Assembly (NCBI GenBank): GCA_004431415.1
Contig: QPMI01000420.1
Coordinates: 275,099-339,098 of the forward strand
DNA: 64,000 nucleotides
Direction: 5' to 3'
Source: Cyanophora paradoxa CCMP329
Taxonomy: Eukaryota > Plantae > Glaucophyta
The position numbers were made by a program, and so were the translations under genes. The notes under the pieces were generated by a model. The model saw nothing but the letters and a program-made list of their open reading frames with translations. It was not told where the DNA came from and searched no databases. Of this stretch, positions 22,931 through 34,900 are shown in pieces. Numbering within the stretch: the stretch's first letter is position 1; each line of letters begins with the position of its first letter.

Positions 22931-25900
22931 CCCCTCCTCCTTTTTCCCCCTCTACCCCCCCGGCTGACGAGGGCGCGCGGGCCGGCATCCGCCGTGCGGG
23001 GGCAGGCCCTGCTGGTCCTCACCTGCGTCGTCGCCCTTGTCGTCGTCGCTGGTGCGCTCCCGACGATCTGGATCCCCTTTAGATTTATGATTTGATTTTC
23101 TTCTGGTCGGCAGTGCTTGTGGCGTTCAACCTGCGCTCGCTGCGGCCGAACGCGACGAAGCGGCCCTCGCGCCTCACCACCATCACCAAGATCCTCTTCA
23201 GGTCACCCGGCGCCGCTAGAGCTAGAGCTTTATATATTATCACTAGAGCTCTCGGCCTATCGCTCCTATCTAATCTTCTAATCCCCGAATATATCGGCTC
23301 CTTCGAATTCGCGTCTCGCGGCCATCTATCTTAAGCTATCTTAAGCTTGAATCTCACTAATTATAACCCCTCCCCGGCGCGCAGCTACATCCAGCTGCTC
23401 TCTGTGGCGCGGGACTTCAACCTGCGCTGGCCCTCCGAGCTCCGCGCCGTCTTCCTCGTCCAGACCATCATCGCCTCCCCCGCCGACATGATCGTCTCCG
23501 TGCGTAAAGAGCCCGATCAGACATCGACGTCTCGAGAGGGCGTGAAAAGGGGCGAAATCTCAGTACGGAGAGCTGACGGGCCCGCGTGTCCGCCCGCCCC
23601 GGCCCCTCCCGGCCCCCCGCGCAGTTCGAGTGCTTCATGGAGTCGCGCGTCTCCCGCTCCGCCTTCCTCTCCCGCGTCTTCGGGTGCGCCCGCCGCCCCC
23701 GGCCGGCCGGCCCCGGCCCCGGCCCCGCCGCGTTAGCGTTCACGTCAGGAGAATCGCGGATAATCGCAAAAAGGAAATACTAGTACTACCTAGGCTTCCC
23801 GCTCCTCGTCCAGACTTTCTAGCGCCTCTTCCCGGATCCGGGAGATTTTTTCCGGATCCGTCGTCCCGTCGCTGACGTTGCGGCGGCGGGGGCCGGCGCA
23901 CGCGCAGGTACACGCTCCTCCCGCTCATCGCCGTCGCCGCACCCGCCCTCGTCTTCGCCCTCGCCTACGCCTACCACCGGTCCGCAAAGACAAGAGGATT
24001 CGCTCACAGTCGTTCGAGTCCTAGCAGTCGTCAACGAGCCTGCAAATCTTCTCTTGAGCTTCTCTCATTTAAAGCTGGCGCGTTTTGCGCAGGGCGAACC
24101 GACCTGAGTCCCTCCCGCGCCGCGCCGCGCGCTCCTTCCGTCGCCTCCGGATCCGCGGCGCCGGCGGCCGCGCCCGCGTGGGCCCCGAGGCGGATGCCGG
24201 GGCCGACGATCGCGATGCGCCCTCGCCGGCCCAGCCGGCTCCAGACCCGGAGGATGAGGAGGAGGAGGACGAGGAGGAGGCGGGGGAGGAGCGGGAGGCG
24301 CCGCGCGCGTCGCGATCGGCGTGGACGGCGTCGAACGTTAATTACTCTTCGGACTCGCGGCCGGCCTCGCGCGGCTCTGGGTCCGGTTCCGGCTCCAACT
24401 CTGTGCGGGGCTCCGCCGCCCTCGCCCTCGCCCTCGCCGCCGGCAAGCAGCGCGAGGCCGGGGCGGCGGCGCCGGCGCGGGCGCCGGCCTCGCAATCGGA
24501 CCCGCCGCCGGCCCTCGCCTTTGCGTTTCCGGAGCAATTTCCCCTCGAGTTCGACGTGGCGGTGCTCGACGCGTCGACCGCGCGGCCCGCCGTCGTCAGG
24601 TGCGCACGCGCTCGCCTCCGATCCGTCGCGATCGGCGCCCGCCGTGGCGAGGACGGCCTCTGACCGCCGCGGCGCCGCGGCGCCCGCGCCAGCCTCGGCG
24701 GCGACTCGCCCAGTGGCTCGACTCGATCGCGAGGCTCGCGGTCGCGATCGCGGTCCGCGTCGACCCCCGAGGCGCGCGCGCCCGACCCGACCCGCCGAAA
24801 TCTCGAAATTCGGGAAGGTCGGCGCCCTCGATCCTCACGCCCAGCGCAGCTCGCCTCGATCCTCTTCGCGCCGTCCTCCGGCGCGGACCTGCCCGCCACC
24901 GCCCCGCCCCTGCCCCTGAACGCCCGCGCGGGCCCCGTTGACGTCCCGCTCCTCGTCTCGCCGCCCTCCTCCTCCCGCTCGCCGCGGCCCTCCTCGCTCG
25001 CCCCCGGCTCGAGCCTCCTCGCGCCCTACAGCAGCGCCGCCGGCTACGATCGCGAGCCGCCCAAGCCCCGGCGCGGCTCGGCGCCCTTCTCCTCCCCCTC
25101 CCTCTCAGAGTCGGCGCTGAGCGGCCGCGGACGGCCGCCGGCGCGGCGCGCGCTCGGGTCGCCCTCCGCCTCCGCCAGCGCCCCGGATGGCGACCTCGGC
25201 ATCGGCCCCGGCCTCGCCGCCACGCTGACTCACGACGCCGACGCCGCCTCCCGCTCCCACCGCAACCTCGAGGTCTTTTTACATATAATGTTTTCTGATT
25301 TGTTTAACGTGTTTGTTTAACGGTCTTTTTATAATTGCGCATCCATCTTCCTTTATCTCTCTGGTTTCTATAGCTAATTATAGTTTAGGACCTGCTCTCG
25401 GACGAGGGGGAGACGGCGACGGCGGTGGCAGACGCCGCGGGCGATCGCGAGGCCGGCGGGCAGCTGCAGGACGGCGGCCGCGGGGCATACCTATTCGATC
25501 TCTTCGTCCTATCCAGGTCCGATGGATTCACTTAATCGTACAGATGAAAAGCATCGGTTATATCAATTCTAGGACGAAATCGGGTCTTGTTTCGTGTGTT
25601 TAGCGCTCGGGGGACCTCTATACATCTTTATATACTTGTCTTCGATCCCGTTAACGTTCCTCTGACGTGTACGCGCGGTGGCGGGCAGCGTTGTTGGCCT
25701 CTTCCTCGTGCACCCCATCGTCTCCCGGCAGGCCCGCCCCGCCCCGGCCCCTCCCGCTGCGCCCCCCGCTGCGCCCCGCCCGGCCCGGCCCGATCTCGGC
25801 GGCACGCGCAGGTCTTCATGATCTTCGCGTGCACGAACGTCGGGCGGAACTCGCTGCTCGACCAGGACATGTGCGGCGGGGATCAAAGGGATCGCCTAAA

Positions 25901-28568
25901 GCGGCGAGGAGATCTAGAGATAGCGGGGGGCGGTCTAGAGTTGATAAGAACATCTCTAATTTATAAGCCACACCTAAGCCACCTGAGGCTATAGCTATCT
26001 CTCCTCGACCAGGACATCTGCTGCGGCCGCTCGGATCAGAGCTCAAGCCTAGCCTAGCCTAGCCTAGCCTTCCTCGCGATCATCGATTGATAACTAATAG
26101 TTGCGATTGCGTCCCATCCAACCACTCCCGCGCGGGCGCGCAGGCGGGTGGGGTGCTGGGGCGCGGAGCACGCGCTCTGGAGCGCGACGCTGGGCCTCGG
26201 CGGCGTCCTCCTCTTCGTCGTCGGCATCCCCTTCGCCGGCCTCGCCCTCCTGGCCCGCCCCCGCCCCCGGCCCCGGCCCCGGCCCCGCCCCCGATCGCGA
26301 GGGGAGAGGCTAGAAGCTTAAGCTCCGCACTAGCTTTGGAAATGAGGCGCGCAGAGAATTTAAAGAATAAGGGGCGATCGGCGGCTCCGAGCGTCGCGCG
26401 CTGACCGGCCGCCCGCCCGCGCCCGGCGCCGCAGACGGCGAACCGGGGCCGCCTGGCGGAGCGGCGCGTGCTCCTCCGCTACGGCTTCCTCCTCCGCGGC
26501 TACCGCCGCCGCCGCTTCTTTTGGGAGGCCGTGCGCCCCTCGAATCTATTTACGAACTTCTCTAGAAGCCTTTTGTAATTTATTGGCATCTTGTGCGCGA
26601 TGCTTTAATCTATAGTTGTAAGCCCTTTCATTATCGATCCTTCCTGACAGCCGTCGATACACGAATCCGCCTAACGCTTCTCCATAATGCTTTTTGTAAT
26701 TTATATTATCGCGTATGCAGGTGGTGGTGCTGCGGAAGCTGGCCTTCGTCTTCGTGGCCTCCTTCTTCTCGTCGCGCCCCGTCGTCCAGGGCCTCCTCGG
26801 CACCGGCATCCTCGTCGCCGGTGCGCCCTCCAGCTCTGATTCGAAGCGGGCCGATCCTAGCGCCGCGAAGTCTATATATTAGCGCTTCTCAATTATTACG
26901 TTGAATTTCCCATGTATATTGAAGCCGATTCGTTGCTTCGCTAATATTTATATACGAACATCGCCGGCGCCGCCCGCCGCCGCGCCGCCGCGGCCACCGG
27001 CCCGAGCTCGAAGCGGATCGATCGCCCGCGAAATTGCGAGACGACTATATATCCTCGCTACACGAAGCCTACCAGCGCTTCGCGACCATAACTCTTAATT
27101 CAAATCCGAGGCACTTTAAATTTCCCGATTTATAATTACGAGCATCGCCGGCGCCGATTTCGATCCCGATGCCGATCGAAACGTGCACGTGACGGCGGCC
27201 GGGGCCGGCAGCGCTGATCCTGAACATCGTGATGCGGCCGTACTCGCTCGAGCTCCTGAACGTCCTCGACTCGGCCGCGCTCCTCGCCTCCGCCCTCACG
27301 GTCGGCCCTCGCCCGCCCCCTCACTCGCCCCGCGGCCGCTGACGCCGGGCGCCTGTGCCTGCGCCCGCGGGACAGCTGTACGCGGGGCTCTTCTTTTACT
27401 CGCAGGAGGTCGCCGGCGCCGACTCCGCCGCCGTCACCGTCATCCTCGTGCGCCCGCGACGAATCCGATCGAATCGAGCCAATTAGATACAGAGCTAGCG
27501 CTAGATCTAGAGCTGAACATGAAGTCAGGACCGCGCGCGCGCCTCCCTCTCACCCGCGCGCCCCCGGCCCGTCCGCCCCCGCCCCCGCAGCTGGGCATCA
27601 ACGTGGTCTTCTGCGCCTTCTGGGTCGCCTGCCTCGCCTACGAGCTCCACAAGAAGGCCAAGCAGCAGGTCCGCCCGCGCTCTGCTCTAGATTCAGATCT
27701 TTGCCAAAAACAAATTAAGAGTGAAAAGTGGGCGTTGCGATGAGAAGACGTCTTTCCCGGGGGCTGCCCTTCCCGCCGGGTCACTATGTATCGCCCTGCC
27801 GTGTTTCGAATTCCGGAGTTTTAAGTGGCGCCTCTGGATCTGCGACATCGATATCGCCGCCGCGAATGCGGTTTTCGGATCCTGCGCCGATCGTGCGTGC
27901 ACGTGGCCGGGCGCGGCGCCGGAGCTGAGTTATAAAAGTGGCGCCTCTGTGTCTCCGATGTCGATATCGATATCGCCGCTGCGAATTCGAATGCGGTTTT
28001 CGGATCGGTTTTCGAATGGGTCATGATCATTCGCGGCAGTTCCCGGACGCGCCGGTGCTGCTCTTCGCCGACGCCGTCGGCCGCCGCCTCTCCGCCATCT
28101 CGTGCGCCGCCCTTCTCGTGCAGTGCTGGTGCTATCACTAGTGTAGTTCTCTTTGTCTCTGACGGGGGCCTCGCGATCGCGGCTAGGTACGTGCGGGACT
28201 GGCTGGCGGCGACGGACGACAACGACAACGAGATCGAGGTCAAGGGCGACGCGGGCTCGCCGCCCCCCGCCGCGGCGCCGCCGGCGATCGCGAGCCCCCT
28301 GGGCCTGCCATATGCATCCAAGCCCCGCCCGACGGTGCAGGGCAAGGGCAACGCCGCGAATTCGAAGGCCGCCGCCCACGGCGACGCCGACGCCGGCGCC
28401 GCGGACGCGGACGCGGACGCGCATGGGCACGGGCACGTCGCGGGCGCCGTCGTCGCCGAACTCGACGCGTGCAGCGAGGCCCATCTGCGCGTGCGCGCGC
28501 CGCCGCCGCGGGGCGCCGGCGCCGGCGCTGCTCCGGCGGAGATCGTCGACCTGCGGCTGCAGGCCTAG
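10187..28568 (+). CDS. Giant multi-exon surface/membrane protein: N-terminal hydrophobic leader, CUB/EGF-like Cys modules, long right-handed beta-helix (polymorphic-membrane-protein-like GGA / FxxN repeats), Cys-rich CxxC stalk, C-terminal multi-TM domain
   Basis: Dozens of short GT/GC-AG introns. Exons read e.g. VFDGDKESAPVLARFSG (CUB-like), CVNGTCACNANFTGARC (EGF), FTGNSADTGGAVW, FSENESRTGMGGALY, FESNRAVTNGGGV, CAPGHEGPLCTICAEGHGRRDKYGCASC, SYIQLLSVARDFNLRWP, RYGFLLRGYRRRRFFWEA, and MRPYSLELLNVLD. Exact start and exon boundaries are approximate. Confidence 0.8.
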
Positions 28569-29814
28569 GGTCCTGGCCATATATATGCATGGGGCGTACA
28601 CGTACACGCACCTGCCGATCGCGAGGGCCAGGGTCTCCCGAGTCCGCCCAGCGGGGCCGGGCCGAGGGGCCGGGCCATGGCCAACGTGGTCTTCCGCGCC
28701 TTCTGGGTCGCATGCCTGTTGTCGACGAATTCAAACGCCGAGCAGCCTGTTCTCGGCGAATTAACTATTTCTTTGCAATTGTGCAGTACTAGTAGTCTAG
28801 TACTAGTACTAGTACTAGTCTCGTTAGCCAGCACGTGCACCGACATACAGCATACGGCTTCTAAATGCATTCATGCTAGTACTAGTATTGCTTTACGTCT
28901 TCAAATCGTGTCTTGTCGTATGCCTAATGCGCGGAGTCAAATTTTGCTGTGCTGTCTAGCCCCGCCCAGAGAGCTTTTGCTCCCCCATGGCCATTCCCCC
29001 AGGAACTCTTTTGCTGTACATGCGTGAGTCTCACTCTAGATGTGAAATTTGCCAGGCTTGCCAGAGTATATGCATAAGTACCTGTGAGAGCGATATCAGT
29101 CGCTATCAGTCTCCGGCTGATAATAGCCTGATTTTATGTCGAGTCATTGTGCCACGGTGTCGACACTGACTCGACAGTATAACTCGACACTGATCATGAT
29201 TCGAATTCGGCGTTGACGACACCATGACGACAGGCATCGAGTCGGACACTCAGGAGCTCGAGTGGACACTGGACAGCAGTGTCACAGCACTAGTGTCTAA
29301 TTTCAACAACCCAGCACAAAAGCAAGAATTAAATAGGATTAATGGGAGAGTCTGGGGTCTAGATGTAGACCTACCCGTACTAGGCTAGCCTAATAGCTAT
29401 AGCAATAGATTTGGATTCTTGGAGATTCGAATTCTAGCTATATATAGATCTGGAGATCTAGACTGGCATCTGGACTGCCGCAGCTAGGGTTGACGCTTCA
29501 CACGAAGTTTCGCACTGGCATGTATACGTACATATGCATGTACATATGCACGTGTGGTTATAATTATATATGTGGGCCTTTGTGAAGCGTTGAGCTCTCG
29601 AGCTTGCCCCTTCGCTGTCAATGCATTGTTAACCCTCGGAGGTTGCATGAGTCACGCGTCGCGGAGGTTTGGGTGTTATATTGCGATCAGGTACACGCTG
29701 CACTAACAGGGGGGCTAGCACTAACCGACGCGGGAGTAACAGCCGGTGTACCCCTCGGGGGCCTCCCGGCCTCTAACGATGCTCAGGCTCTAACTGAATG
29801 CTGTACCCCCGCTG

Positions 29815-30552
29815 TTACTGCCCGAACCTTCCGAACTTGCGTAATTCGGCCTCGCCCTGTACCCAGTGGCTGGTGTCGTCCATCCATTCGCGTACCTCCC
29901 TCTGACGCTTGAGTGACTCACGCTGCTCGGGGTAGGGGAGGGGGGCCTTCGAGGCGGGGTGGGGAAGGGGGTACGGTGGCAAAATTCAGCCACTCGGGGG
30001 TATGCCGAATTCGCCGTGAACGATCCTCTGCGGTGTGAAATACCGGTCGCTGCTCACGGCCAAGTGGAAGAACGCGCTCCTGAGCCCGGAGAGGAAGCGT
30101 GGTTGCATGAATGGCTGCTGGAGGGACTCGTCGCGCCAGGGGGCTACGAAATCAATGATACGCTGCTGTACCTGCGCGGGCAGGGCAAGGATCTGGCTCT
30201 TGCGGTTCGCAAAGGCCGTCCACAGCGCTTGCAGGTCGGCCCAATCGCCGTTCAGATCCCTGCGTTCGCGCCTCAGGTACGATCTCGGGTTCTCTGTCAT
30301 ACCCATCAAGCCCGCGGCCCTGATCATCTCCCTGTCCGGGAGCTCTCGCTCGTCGTGGAATTCGTCTCTAATCCAGCGCACAAGGTAGAGCACGCGCTCC
30401 ATGAAGTTCTCCGCCGGCGAGCCGCCCCCTGAGGACGTGCGCCTCCCCTCCAGCACTGCGTTCGCATCCTCCAAGTCCACGTTCCGCTGTCGAATCTCCC
30501 CGTCCAGGTCGCCGTTGTTGTACAGCACGTCGGACTCGCGTGTTCGCGCCAT
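29815..30552 (-). CDS. Viral hypothetical protein A (paralog of B), copy 1; frameshifted counterpart at ~37126-37861
   Basis: 188-aa ORF 29986-30552. Similarity to paralog B continues past the TGA (RQREVREWMDDTSHWVQGEAELRK) to TAA at 29815. Upstream AAATTCTCA motif. Confidence 0.6.
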
Positions 30553-31331
30553 GCTCGCGGCTCGGTGAGAATTTATACCTGTACCCCTACTCGCGGTCGG
30601 GGTACCTGTCGCCGGGCATCAGCCTCGCGCGCTTCCGCATCTCCGCCTCCCGGGTAGCCAGTTCTTCGGGTCGTTGCTCCACTCCTCCCATTCGCGTATG
30701 TCCCGTCTGACGTCACGCGGGGCGGGGGCGTTTATCGGTGGGGCGGGCGGGGCTGGCAGGGCCTGGCGCGGGGGTTGAGGCCCCTGTTCCACGAGTACTC
30801 GGGTACTCTTCCCATCCCAGGGGTACCAGATTCATCGGAATTGGCTCAACTTCGAATTGGGGCTTTTTGACGTGATAATCATAGTTTGTGACATACGCCG
30901 TCACAGCCGAGCGCAAGCGCGAGAGGTCGCGCAAATTTACGTCGTCCCATTGCGAGTCCCTTGCCTTCGCGTACCACTCGAGGATTTGCATGCGAATGTG
31001 GTCCGGGAGGGTCGAGAGTATGCTGAGCTTGGAGCCCAGGGCGAACCAGATGCGCTTGAACTCGTCGATAATCCTGCCCTCGTCGTGGCTCCGAACGTAA
31101 AGGGCCCCGCCAGAGTTGTAATGCGTGTCTAGCCACCCTGCCCGGGCCAGCTCTAGCACCGGCCAGGGTTGGCGCTGTCGATTCGGTCGCGAGGCCTGCT
31201 CTACCACCCAGCGTCTAAGGTCCTTGACCTGATCTATGAACTGTGCGATCACGTCCCTGGGCGCTTCCTCTGCATCCGACATTTGCAATTGCACACATCA
31301 AGAAATTCTAAACGCTACTGCGAGGCTACGC

Positions 31332-31987
31332 TATGCATACCGATACAAATTGCGAGACTTTGCAACAGGGAGCGCAGCGTGGCACGCGGCGCGCCGTGAA
31401 AAACTAACTGCATCTAATTTTGCGGCTGCGTGCGGCATAAACCCCTGGAAATCCAGGGCCGCCTGTGGGCGGAGCTAAGCGGGATAGCGGAGGAAAACAA
31501 CTTTGACAACCCTGCCCTAACCTATGGGCATGACTATGAGCCCCTCGCGGTCTCTCTCTACAAAACGTCGAACAACAACGTGGACGTGCAACATACTGGA
31601 TTGCACGAACATAAGGAACTGCCCTTCCTGGCGGGCAGCCCGGACGGGCTGATTGGAAGCGATCGTATACTTGAAATAAAATGCCCCTACAAACAAGAAC
31701 TCTACGAAAAGGTCCCAACTTATTACATGCCCCAGCTCCAGGGCCTGCTGGACATAACGGGCCGCGAGTGGGCCGAACTTTTTTGCTTCACTCCTCTGCG
31801 CGTGCAAACGTGGTACGTCAGACGGGACGAGAGGTACATCAAGCTCATGAGGAAGTGCTTACATCTATTTTGGATGCACGTCAAGGAGGGCACGCCGCCC
31901 GAGCCCTACAGCGATCGAATGAAGTCAGAGAACCTCAGCGAGGAGCAGGCGGCGCTGCGCGAGTTTAAGTCGTACGCCCTCCTCTAG
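31332..31987 (+). pseudogene. YqaJ-like exonuclease, copy 1, with two homopolymer frameshifts
   Basis: Same sequence as 38642-39298 but lacking single G/C residues near 31370 and 31460. Confidence 0.75.
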
Positions 31988-34900
31988 TGTCCGGACCTTT
32001 CCAATACTCTATATGATTATTGGAGGGTCCGGACACGTCTCTTGGTCAGACTACTTCTGTCCCAGGTCTTTGGAATCTTAATATAAATTTTCCCGGGACC
32101 CGGGACAGGGCTTGGTCGGACTCACCGTAGCTTGGTGTAGCTCAGGCCCAGGCCGGGTAGGCGAGTCTGTAATGAATCAGACCGCGCAGGATTTGGTTGA
32201 GCTGCTCGGTGCAGGGGGCGGGAAGGCGAGGCCGCGGAGGGCCATAGAGACGTAGCGGAAGGGGTGGGGAGGCGGCCCCTGTTATCCCACATGGCGTCCA
32301 CTATGGCGTTGTGGACCACTTGCTCTGGAGGGCGGGACGGGCCTGCGCGCACCGTTTCAGGGCCCTCAGCAGCCCTCGAAGATGTTGGAGTTGGCGTGCA
32401 CCAGCGGAGGGAGGGCTGGGACGGCGGCGGCGAGCCCGGGCCGAGCCCTGGGTGGCGAGGGCCTGCGAGGGCGCCGGCTCCAGCTCCATCTCGAACATAC
32501 CGCCCTCGACGTCGACGGTCACGGGCGGCGAGGCCGGGATCGCGCCGGCCTGCTGCGTGGCGGGGACCTGAGCCGAGAAGTTCTCGAGCCGCCACTCGCG
32601 GCAGCCCTGGCACTCACCTGGACGAAGACGGTGCGGTTGGCGACGGGCGGCGTCGGCAGGGCCTGCGCGGGGGCGTCACTCACAGAAGCCGAAGGCGCCG
32701 GCCTTGTGGGGCGGGGCGTCGGGGTCGCGGGGCGTGCTATAGGCCTCCGAGCCCTCCGATTCAGAGTCACTCACCGGGCTGAGAGGGTGGGTGAGAAGAG
32801 GCCGAGGCGGGCCTTCTTGGCGGGCAGGAGGTGGGAGCCGTTGAGGGCGCAATCGGCGCCGTGGGCGCACCTCTCTCCGTAGGTGGGGCAGAGGGCCGGG
32901 GCGAGGGCGCCGGAGCCAAGGGCGCCGGAGCCGAGGACGCCGGGGGCTGGAGGAGGCGGTGAGAGGGCCGAGGAGGAGAGGAAGGGGGAAGGGCGCGGGC
33001 ACCGGCGCCGGGACGAGGCCCTCCTCCAGCAGCCGCATCTGCGCCTCCTTCGCCTTCTCGTCGATGCGGGCCTCGAACGTCGCCCAGTTGAAGCCGACGG
33101 CGTCCGCCTCCGCCAGCTCGGGGAGGCCGTGCTCGTCGAACGCCAGCGCGGGCCGCCCGCTGAAGCCGAACGGGGCGGATGTGCGGCGGGGATCAAAGGG
33201 ATCGCCTAAAGCGGCGAGGAGATCTAGAGATAGCGGGGGGCGGTCTAGAGTTGATAAGAACATCTCTAATTTATAAGCCACACCTAAGCCACCTGAGGCT
33301 ATAGCTATCTCTCCTCGACCAGGACATCTGCTGCGGCCGCTCGGATCAGAGCTCAAGCCTAGCCTAGCCTAGCCTAGCCTTCCTCGCGATCATCGATTGA
33401 TAACTAATAGTTGCGATTGCGTCCCATCCAACCACTCCCGCGCGGGCGCGCAGGCGGGTGGGGTGCTGGGGCGCGGAGCACGCGCTCTGGAGCGCGACGC
33501 TGGGCCTCGGCGGCGTCCTCCTCTTCGTCGTCGGCATCCCCTTCGCCGGCCTCGCCCTCCTGGCCCGCCCCCGCCCCGGCCCCGGCCCGGCCCCGCCCCC
33601 GATCGCGAGGGGAGAGGCTAGAAGCTTAAGCTCCGCACTAGCTTTGGAAATGAGGCGCGCAGAGAATTTAAAGAATAAGGGGCGATCGGCGGCTCCGAGC
33701 GTCGCGCGCTGACCGGCCGCCCGCCCGCGCCCGGCGCCGCAGACGGCGAACCGGGGCCGCCTGGCGGAGCGGCGCGTGCTCCTCCGCTACGGCTTCCTCC
33801 TCCGCGGCTACCGCCGCCGCCGCTTCTTTTGGGAGGCCGTGCGCCCCTCGAATCTATTTACGAACTTCTCTAGAAGCCTTTTGTAATTTATTGGCATCTT
33901 GTGCGCGATGCTTTAATCTATAGTTGTAAGCCCTTTCATTATCGATCCTTCCTGACAGCCGTCGATACACGAATCCGCCTAACGCTTCTCCATAATGCTT
34001 TTTGTAATTTATATTATCGCGTATGCAGGTGGTGGTGCTGCGGAAGCTGGCCTTCGTCTTCGTGGCCTCCTTCTTCTCGTCGCGCCCCGTCGTCCAGGGC
34101 CTCCTCGGCACCGGCATCCTCGTCGCCGGTGCGCCCTCCAGCTCTGATTCGAAGCGGGCCGATCCTAGCGCCGCGAAGTCTATATATTAGCGCTTCTCAA
34201 TTATTACGTTGAATTTCCCATGTATATTGAAGCCGATTCGTTGCTTCGCTAATATTTATATACGAACATCGCCGGCGCCGCCCGCCGCCGCGCCGCCGCG
34301 GCCACCGGCCCGAGCTCGAAGCGGATCGATCGCCCGCGAAATTGCGAGACGACTATATATCCTCGCTACACGAAGCCTACCAGCGCTTCGCGACCATAAC
34401 TCTTAATTCAAATCCGAGGCACTTTAAATTTCCCGATTTATAATTACGAGCATCGCCGGCGCCGATTTCGATCCCGATGCCGATCGAAACGTGCACGTGA
34501 CGGCGGCCGGGCCGGCAGCGCTGATCCTGAACATCGTGATGCGGCCGTACTCGCTCGAGCTCCTGAACGTCCTCGACTCGGCCGCGCTCCTCGCCTCCGC
34601 CCTCACGGTCGGCCCTCGCCCGCCCCCTCACTCGCCCCGCGGCCGCTGACGCCGGGCGCCTGTGCCTGCGCCCGCGGGACAGCTGTACGCGGGGCTCTTC
34701 TTTTACTCGCAGGAGGTCGCCGGCGCCGACTCCGCCGCCGTCACCGTCATCCTCGTGCGCCCGCGACGAATCCGATCGAATCGAGCCAATTAGATACAGA
34801 GCTAGCGCTAGATCTAGAGCTGAACATGAAGTCAGGACCGCGCGCGCGCCTCCCTCTCACCCGCGCGCCCCCGGCCCGTCCGCCCCCGCCCCCGCAGCTG

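Larger units (their letters stand above)
25869..33178. repeat. Copy 1 of a 7.3-kb tandem duplication (3' end of host gene + spacer + left end of viral element)
   Basis: Sequence from ATGTGCGGCGGGGATCAAAGG (25869) to GAAGCCGAACGGGGCGG (33178) recurs with offset ~7310. Confidence 0.97.

Noticed and set aside
29629-29637. Telomere-like TTAACCCT at the viral edge
   Set aside because: Single occurrence, not tandem; insufficient evidence.
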